A DNA stretch of 56,881 nucleotides, filler included, from Sphacelaria rigidula (taxonomy: Eukaryota): NCBI GenBank assembly GCA_964200075.2. It is 7 parts of 7 records of this genome, joined end to end, with 100 filler letters (N's around TTAATTAATTAA, not from the genome) between each part and the next. Parts side by side here need not be neighbours in the genome. Positions count along the whole stretch, not along the records: positions 48,843 to 56,881 come from CAXNAA020012540.1; 6 more parts are not named here. One strand, 5' to 3'. Positions 49,798 through 56,881 of this stretch are shown here, piece after piece (positions within the stretch are counted from its first letter, which is position 1; each line of letters begins with the position of its first letter). A program made the translations under genes and the position numbers. A model generated the notes under the pieces. That model had not been told where the DNA came from. It saw only the letters and a program-made list of their open reading frames with translations, and did no database searches.

Positions 49798-52700
49798 ATC
49801 TCCCGGAGGCGGCCTCCTCGGGAGGACTGCAATCGTCATCGGCTCCATCGTGTCCTCCCTGTTGTGCATCCAGTATTTGCCGGAGGAACTGTGGAGCCTA
49901 CTCGTTATCGTGTCTACGCCCACCATCGTCATGGTGCAACTTCCCCAGATCTGGAAGAACTTCAGACAGAAGCACACGGGGGAGCTCGCTGGACTGACCG
50001 TGCTGCTAGCGTTCCTTGGCTCTTCTATTCGGATCGGCACGACCATCGCGGTAAGGTGGTGATGTTGTAGAGCTGCCTCGACCGGGTGGTGTTGGACTGG
50101 AACTTGTTGCCTACTGCACTGTACTGTACATATGAAACGGTCGTTAGGGCGCTGGGATGAGATTTCGAACATAGTACAGTCTGGCAGATACGTTTCCCGT
50201 TTTTTTATCTCCTCACCTGTGAGGGATACAGAACAGCATCCGCCCTTTTTTCGCCCCAGGGTGAGGTGCTGCACCGCGCAAGCGGAGATGAAGCGAGGTG
50301 GGCTTCTCCAACAGTTTGTACTCCTTTTGAGGATAGACTACTTCAGAGGAGGGAAGAGAAAATATTTCTAACCCCCCTCCCCCCTCGTCCTCGGAACGGG
50401 TCATTGGAGCGGAGGTTGAATGACCTACGGGCGGCGGTGACCATGGATGGTCCCACGGCCACCTTCTCTCTTTCGCCGGAACGACGTTGAGATGCCGTGC
50501 GAAAAGCCGGGTGGATCGTGCACGACCATACCGTCTCCTCCGTCGAGGTCAAAAGCGTTCGTAAAGCCACCGCAGTAGCAGCTAATATCGAGAGAGAGCT
50601 CGTGCCCGCCGCTGAGTACATGGCGGCTCTTCCATCGTCGCTACGGGCTTTGTTTAATGCGATTTTTCGGTGGGGTATGGGGGGTGGGGATGCCGGAAAA
50701 GATGGGGCCCGGCAAGGGGCGCTTGCGGCCGATCCGGCCGCACCGGCTCCACTGGCTCATGGGGGGAGAAGGAATGACATTACAAAAGCACATATCCTGT
50801 CGTACTCCTCGGTGACAATGGTCGTCAGTGCTGTGCTGCAGCGCGCGTACAGGCCTCCCCATTCACGGACATTCGCTCAGATACTGAATCTCACGGTGCG
50901 ACGACGAAAGTGAACGATTTTATGGCCATCCTTGGGCTCTGTTAATCCGACAGCCAGTGCAGGAAGCAGCAGGAGCTCGTCGTCCAGTGCCGGCGAGAAG
51001 ACGGCGTCAAGCCCCAAATAACTGAAGCGACGGCGGTGGCGTTTGACAACCGCGACATGCAGGCCGCGATGAAACTCGAAGACTCACAATACCAGCCCTT
51101 CATTTCCGCAACAGCCGTATTACCGGAATCGGACCATGCCCAGCTCGGACATTTACAGCTGTCTCCTTATTCGCAGTGGACTCCGCTGAAGGATCTTATG
51201 GTGAAGGATGTAAGGGGCGGCTTGCGTTGTGGCGACTCCCGACGAATCCATGACGGTCACGTGATGAACCTATTTTTACTGCAAACTTGCTTGTGAAGTT
51301 CTCTCCCGGGGGTGTCTAACCAGCCGTTAGAATTTGGAACACGAGTTGGGCATGATGCAGCTTACATGTACACCAAGCGGCGGCACGTTTCGCCCCTGCA
51401 CGAGATTGAGCACAGTAGTAGCAGACTTTTCTTCAATATTGGCCACACGCCCTCCCCGCGTCACAAACTTCGTGCACCCACCCGTACTATACGTATGGAC
51501 GCACCGATGCACGAACAACCACATCATGAGCCCTTGGACGGCCGCAGCAATGGCAAACGAAAATCAATCTGTACTGGGATGCCCGCTGGATAATGGTAAT
51601 CCCTGCAAAACTCAGGCACACATTGCCTGTAGAGATGCTGAGGTGCGGAGAAAGGCCCACACGTGCGCTGTGGGTGCTTTCACGCGCTGAAACGTTCGCC
51701 ACATGTCCTGTGAAGCACAGCCAACAATCGCGGCCAGTCTACGTTCGAGGTCGCTGACAGCTGCAGCTCTGCTTCTACATATCAAATCGAGCTTCGTAAT
51801 CTCCGGGGTGGGCAACCCAGCAGAAACAAGGTAGTTGAAAACCTTGCGCCCATCTAACTCTAAGATATCGGAGCCTCGCAGGGCGATAGAGGCTACACCC
51901 CTCATGCGATGTCCGACATCCGCCATTGGATGTAGAGCGACTTTACTCACATGCCGAGGATTCACCTTCGGACACTTTTTTTCTCCCCGACTTTGGAGCA
52001 ACCACTCCTCCACGTCCATGCAACCAACTATAGCTCCTGCATCCAGCGTCGCCTGCGCGCGCTATGTGGTGCGAGACGCCCGCCGATGCACCCCGTTGGT
52101 GGGGGCTTCCTCGGGGGCAGATGTGATTCGCTGTTCCTCCATATTTGTCGTCAGCGAGTCATTGTCGTACAAGCAGCGGCAGGCAATGCACAAATTGGTG
52201 TTGGTCGTCAACCTCTGACACCCCTGCATAGGTATGAAGCTCGGCGGGCTCCCCCTCCAACGGTGAAGAACTCGGCCATTGCCTCGCACGCCTCTCCTGC
52301 TCGACGCCAAGGTAACAGGGCAACGGCCTCGGCCTCCTCTTGGATCCCGCAGACTTCACATCTTTTTCGATTGGCCTTGGCTTTAGAACGCCCATACGAT
52401 CGAAATAGACGGTAGAAGCAGCCGTCTCTCGAGCACAGGCACTCCGAGGGGGGACTGTACGCACGATGATGGCGGTGGGCAGGCTGTCATCCCCGCGTTC
52501 ACTCCACCGCTCAGCCGCAAGGCTCACTTCATGTGCACTGAAGTAGTTGAAGTCAGTGGTGGGTCGATGGCACGCAGCACATCGCCTGTTGCCCCGCGCG
52601 TGATTCTTCGCACAATGTGAGCACTAACCCACAACCCAAGGGCCGGTCGATCCGCATTCCGGCTGCCCATATTGCGGCCGCTTCCCTCGGCCCCGTGCTG

Positions 52701-55327
52701 GAGCGGAAGAGGCCCTTGTACGCCACACGGATGAAGTCGGGCGCCTATCGGTTGGCGACTGGCTCGTGTGTTGCTCATGACACGCATGACGGCCACTTCG
52801 CGTTGCCCTTCGTGTTACACTGCCGCCGCCCGCGTGGCCTCTTCCGGGGCGTTCCAGTCGCGCCGGAGCCGACTCTCTCAGCGAAGTAGGGGGAGACGGA
52901 TCACAGAGTTTGCCATTGGACGCCTCTGTCGCGGCCGATACAGCAGCGGCAGTCGCCATAAGACGGGAAACCGAGCCGGTGACCGCCTGGTGGTGAACTC
53001 CAGTGCCTACAACGTCGGCGCCGGAGCCCGGGGGGTCGGCTCCTCTTCTGTCCCTCCATTCGACCCCTTGATCCTAGGTGGAAGCCATCAGAACCCGGGG
53101 GCGTATCTGTTCTCTTCTCGATATGCGCGGACGGAGTGGAGGAGTTTTCTGATGCGAGCCCGCCGCGGAGGATGAGGTCATGCCCATCATCCGATGTTTC
53201 TTGGTTTCGGGGAACTAGAGGAGCCTCGGGTGTTGACAGTGCGGCGCCGCCTGGAGGACGGGGACAACGGCGACGAGTTAGATAGAAGTAGTCCCGGTGT
53301 GAAGGGCTGCGTACGAGCGGCCTACGATTGATCGTTGTCGAATGCAACGAGATCAGGAAAAAGTCAAGGTCGCTGTATGCCCGTATGTCCTTCTCTGCAT
53401 GACAAGCACTTACCGATGCAGTGTGCAGGCTCTTCTGCTGAGTACCCTGCAGTCACAAGGCGTATATCTGCCAGGCTTCCGGCTGGCACCTGCAGTCGGT
53501 CGCGAATGCGCAGTGGAGGCAATATGTTACCGGGGTTATTGTCCGCGGCAAGCGGGTTGTGAGGGTAAGTTATGGTTTCGCTCAGTGCTGTGAGCTGACA
53601 GGGTCGGTAAAATCCGCTGAAAAGGTATACACACGATCGAGGGACACTAGGTCGACAAGAACGTCATTGGGCAGTCACTGCAAGTGTGAGGAGAGCACTT
53701 TTTCCGGCTTGAACGTCATTCTTGTGAGCACCATCTTTTTATGGAATTGGCTGTTAAAGGTATTTGCTAAGCCTCAACACCGGGCGGTGTTTTTGCAATC
53801 ATTTCGTACAAGAGACTGCTCCTTAGTTACTTTCACTTTCGATTAGAGTCCGCCTCACAGGACTCATAATACAAAGTATAGGCCCGTGAATAGCGACAGG
53901 AAGCGTCTACAGCTAATTCGCCCTGATACGGGACGCCGTACGTGCAGGAACGATGGTGGTGTCTTGAGTTTCTGACAAGATGTGCCGAAGACACGGGCGA
54001 TAATGCTATGCAGACATGGTCCACGGCAACACAAGCATATCTCACCGGTCTCTCCACCATCCCCGGTTCCTCTAAGTGAGGGTCTATCTCGCAACGTGCC
54101 CCCGGCGGGATGTTCATATTGGCACATGTGCCAATCAGGGAAGACGGCAGTGAGCGGTGACCCTGCGGGTGTTGTATGTCATGGATTGGGGATGTCTCAT
54201 ACACAAATCCGGGCGGCATGCGGCTCTACTTGCAACCCCTATGTACACACCGATGCCGTCCTCCACCCCAGGAGTTGGCATCATGATTACATATAACAAT
54301 GTTTTCGTGAGATTGAGAGTAGAGGATACGATTGAGAATGAAAAACGATCAAGTAGTGAAAAAATAGTTTCTGTTCCGGAATGCCTCTCCACGAGACCTA
54401 ATACGCTTTCTGTACTAGCTCGCTACTGAAGCCCTGTAGTGGCTCGCCACTCAAGCCCTTGATATCCCTCAGTAGGATATCGACGTGCAGTTGTAAGCAC
54501 GCGCTAGTGCTACAGACAATGAAAAGCACATACACAGTAAAAAGTTGGTCGAGTTAAATCGAAGGTAAACATTTTACTCACTCTCAGTCTCCCGAAAACA
54601 TTGTTATACCACATGGGACAGCCAAGTGCAGTGGTCCCGCCTTGAACGAAGTTTTCCAGCGATGCCGCTTGTGGAACCCCTACCCCTCCGCCTGGGGCGC
54701 AACCCTCATGAGAATTGTACCTGCTCTGCGGCTGATTTCAGCTTGAACCTTATACTATGACTTTTATACACGATCAGGCATATACAAACATGTTTTTTTT
54801 CTCTTCCGACGTAAGACTGCGGTGGGAGGAGTAAGGGCTGATCCAACTCGAGATACCAAAATGTCAGGCACTTACATACCGGGTGAGTGGTGGGTGGATC
54901 CGTCGAGACGACGGACTCGCCCCGAGAACGGAGACAGATTGAGTAATAGCATGACGATGCCCCCATCTCCCTGAGATATGTATGTTATGGCGACGTGGAC
55001 ATCCCCTCCGTTCGCGGGATCCCACTTGCCAAACATTTCCCTTACCATCACTGATGCTCCCCTTGTATAACTTGAGCGACAAAACAGACCAGACCTCGTT
55101 CCCACCCCTCTTTCTGCTGTTCATGTTGATGTATATTTCCTGCTATTTTGCCTTTTGCTGTGCTCGCTTTTCTCCAGGATTTGGGCGCTGATCCCTGGCT
55201 TCTGTTGAATTACGGACTAGGGTCCTCGTCGAACGCCCTCATGCTCTTTCAGATGTACATCTATAGAGCGAAGACGGCGATGGTTCGGAAGACGGTGGCG
55301 CAGCGGACGAAGGAGGCGCCAGCGTGA
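49798..55327 (+). CDS. MPDU1: PQ-loop protein, MPDU1/Lec35-like, last two exons around a 5.1-kb intron
   Basis: Exon ~49798-50050 (acceptor uncertain) ...VQLPQIWKNFRQKHTGELAGLTVLLAFLGSSIRIGTTIA|gtaagg joins in phase to 55178-55327 DLGADPWLLLNYGLGSSSNALMLFQMYIYRAK...*. Confidence 0.85.
50400..51296 (+). pseudogene. Decayed uncharacterised transposase-like ORF (DUF6589-like / 'LGxCxS...DNxD' family), intronic
   Basis: Read through stops and one frameshift: ALPSSLRALFNAIF...VSAVLQRAYRPPH...RKVNDFMAILGLC*SDSQ...TAVAFDNRDMQ. The family match is from memory. Confidence 0.45.
51320..52960 (-). pseudogene. Decayed ORF, probable N-terminal part of a non-LTR retrotransposon protein
   Basis: Chain of interrupted minus-strand frames with a RanBP2-like C-x2-C-x10-C-x2-C finger (CSHCAKNHARGNRRCAAC, ~52561-52623), a CIAC motif and LMMWLFVHRCV...RGGR; no RT motifs seen. 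Confidence 0.4.
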
Positions 55328-55619
55328 GCTGCCGACGCTACCGTGGATAGTTGGTGTATAGAAAGGGGTCCACAATTGATACAATTTTCTCCTTCATTTT
55401 TTTTTACGAGTCTCTACTGTTGCGCTGGACCCCTTTTTCCCGGGATGTATTGTACTTTTGCTGTGTTGTGATGAGAAGAGGAATAGATGTCTCGTGTTTA
55501 CCCTGTTTTGTCCTTCTTTTTGTACAGTTTATGCCGAGGGGATAATCTAACGACGGATAGCCTTGTTTGATAGCAAGGGATATCACAATCGCTTTGAGTG
55601 TCGACGGGCTGCGATTGGA

Positions 55620-55930
55620 ATGGTTCGAGGGCTGTATCTTGTAGGGTACGGGTATGTTCGTTGGGGTATGGAATTCCTTCCATAACTTACAGAACTGTCG
55701 GTTACCGGTATGAAAGTCTTGAAAAAGTTACAGAACCTATCGGGTATGGAGGCTGCATCGGAACCCTTACCCGCAACTGGGTGCCCCTCTAAGGGTGTAC
55801 CCGTACTCCGGGTAAGGGTATACATTTCGTACTGATCGTACAGAATCGTAGGGTGCCGGTATGGCAGTCTTTCAGAACTTACAGGACCTGTCGGGTACGG
55901 TGTAGAGGTTGTTCGAAAACCCTCACCTGC
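55620..55930. repeat. Degenerate repeat built on GGGTACGGGTATG / CTTACAGAAC modules
   Basis: Recurring TTACAGAAC...TCGGGTA units downstream of the MPDU1 stop. Confidence 0.55.
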
Positions 55931-56881
55931 AAACGGGAAATTGCACCTCTCTCTTCAAAGCAGGGCGGTGTGTGTGTGTATGTGTGTGTGTGTGTACGAT
56001 AATAGAGCAAGAAGGACGAGGAGTATGATTGGTTTATCTCTTTCCTCATACAATTTTCGCACCATGGGATGAAGGCGATACACGATAGCGCAGCTGGTAA
56101 GACGGGGTAGGGAGGTCGGGGGTTGAGCGAAAATAAACAGGAAGAACTGGAAATATTCGGAATATTGAACAAGATTCAGAAGAGATTGTATACGTTTTTG
56201 ACGGTGGAGGGAGTGGGGTGTTCGTGCAGTCCTACCGTTACCTGTAGGCGTGGTTTTTTATGTTCTGTGGTGGTGGTGTGGTGGTGGAATGGTGGTGGTG
56301 TGAACAGGTGATTGACGATTGAACGAGCCCAAGAGTGAACGATGAAAATGACGTACGGTATTAATATTTTTTTGAAGAATACTTAACGCTTTTAGTTCCA
56401 GGCCAGACCGTAAGTGGGAATTTGTTTAATGGGATGAGTCCGACCCGCGAGATTGGCCATTTGTAACCGAACCTGGAAGCATGTCCGCCGCGCCAACAAG
56501 CAGGGGATCCTGAAGGACAAGAACGATTTTTTAAAATTGATACGACAAGTAAAAAATGGGGCTAGAGTTTGTGCAGAATGTTACTCTGAGGCACCGAGAA
56601 TGCTGGAGGGTCCCCGAAAGGTCGGAGAACCAAACCCACAGTTTGTGGTGCTTGATTGGTATTGAAATGCGGATCGTTTGCCTCAGGACTAACACGCTTC
56701 ATGTTCGGGCCTGAACTTGTTTCTCCCTTTGGCCCAAAAGGTCAAAAACTCCATCCAGGGGTGTGATTGCACCGTGCAACCGACCAAAAGTGCTATGAAT
56801 GGGGCACAATCCGAATAAGTAATGAGTCATCCTACGATAGGGGGGGCGTACTCATTTGTTGCTTGCCTTGGTCGTTTGACC

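Noticed and set aside
53825-53875. Hammerhead ribozyme
   Set aside because: A stem and nearby GAAA exist on the minus strand, but the CUGANGA core and correct spacing are missing.
56453-56665. 70-aa ORF with a CAEC motif
   Set aside because: No recognisable domain or convincing splice context.

Overview
Eukaryotic, intron-rich DNA, most likely from a brown alga (Phaeophyceae, Ectocarpus-like). This is inferred from a brown-algal-type mannitol-1-phosphate dehydrogenase, short GT-AG exons in long introns and a dense repeat landscape. The window is not contiguous: it is seven unrelated ~8.04-kb contigs (1-8041, 8142-16182, 16283-24323, 24424-32463, 32564-40603, 40704-48742, 48843-56881) joined by artificial 100-bp linkers (N44-TTAATTAATTAA-N44). 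Hand-spliced, phase-consistent partial genes: dynein-2 heavy chain (contig 1), an expansin-like EXLX-type protein missed by the ORF track (contig 2), calpain-7/PalB (contig 3), M1PDH (contig 4), COP9 signalosome subunit 2 (contig 6) and a PQ-loop/MPDU1 protein (contig 7). The rest is mostly mobile DNA: decayed copia and hAT coding remnants, tRNA-derived SINEs, and several MITE families, some with readable TSDs (TTAA, 8-bp, 5-bp, TAA). It also holds a nested rearranged composite MITE, and an intron carrying an uncharacterised transposase-like remnant next to a probable non-LTR retroelement remnant. Family assignments come from motif recognition, not database searches.
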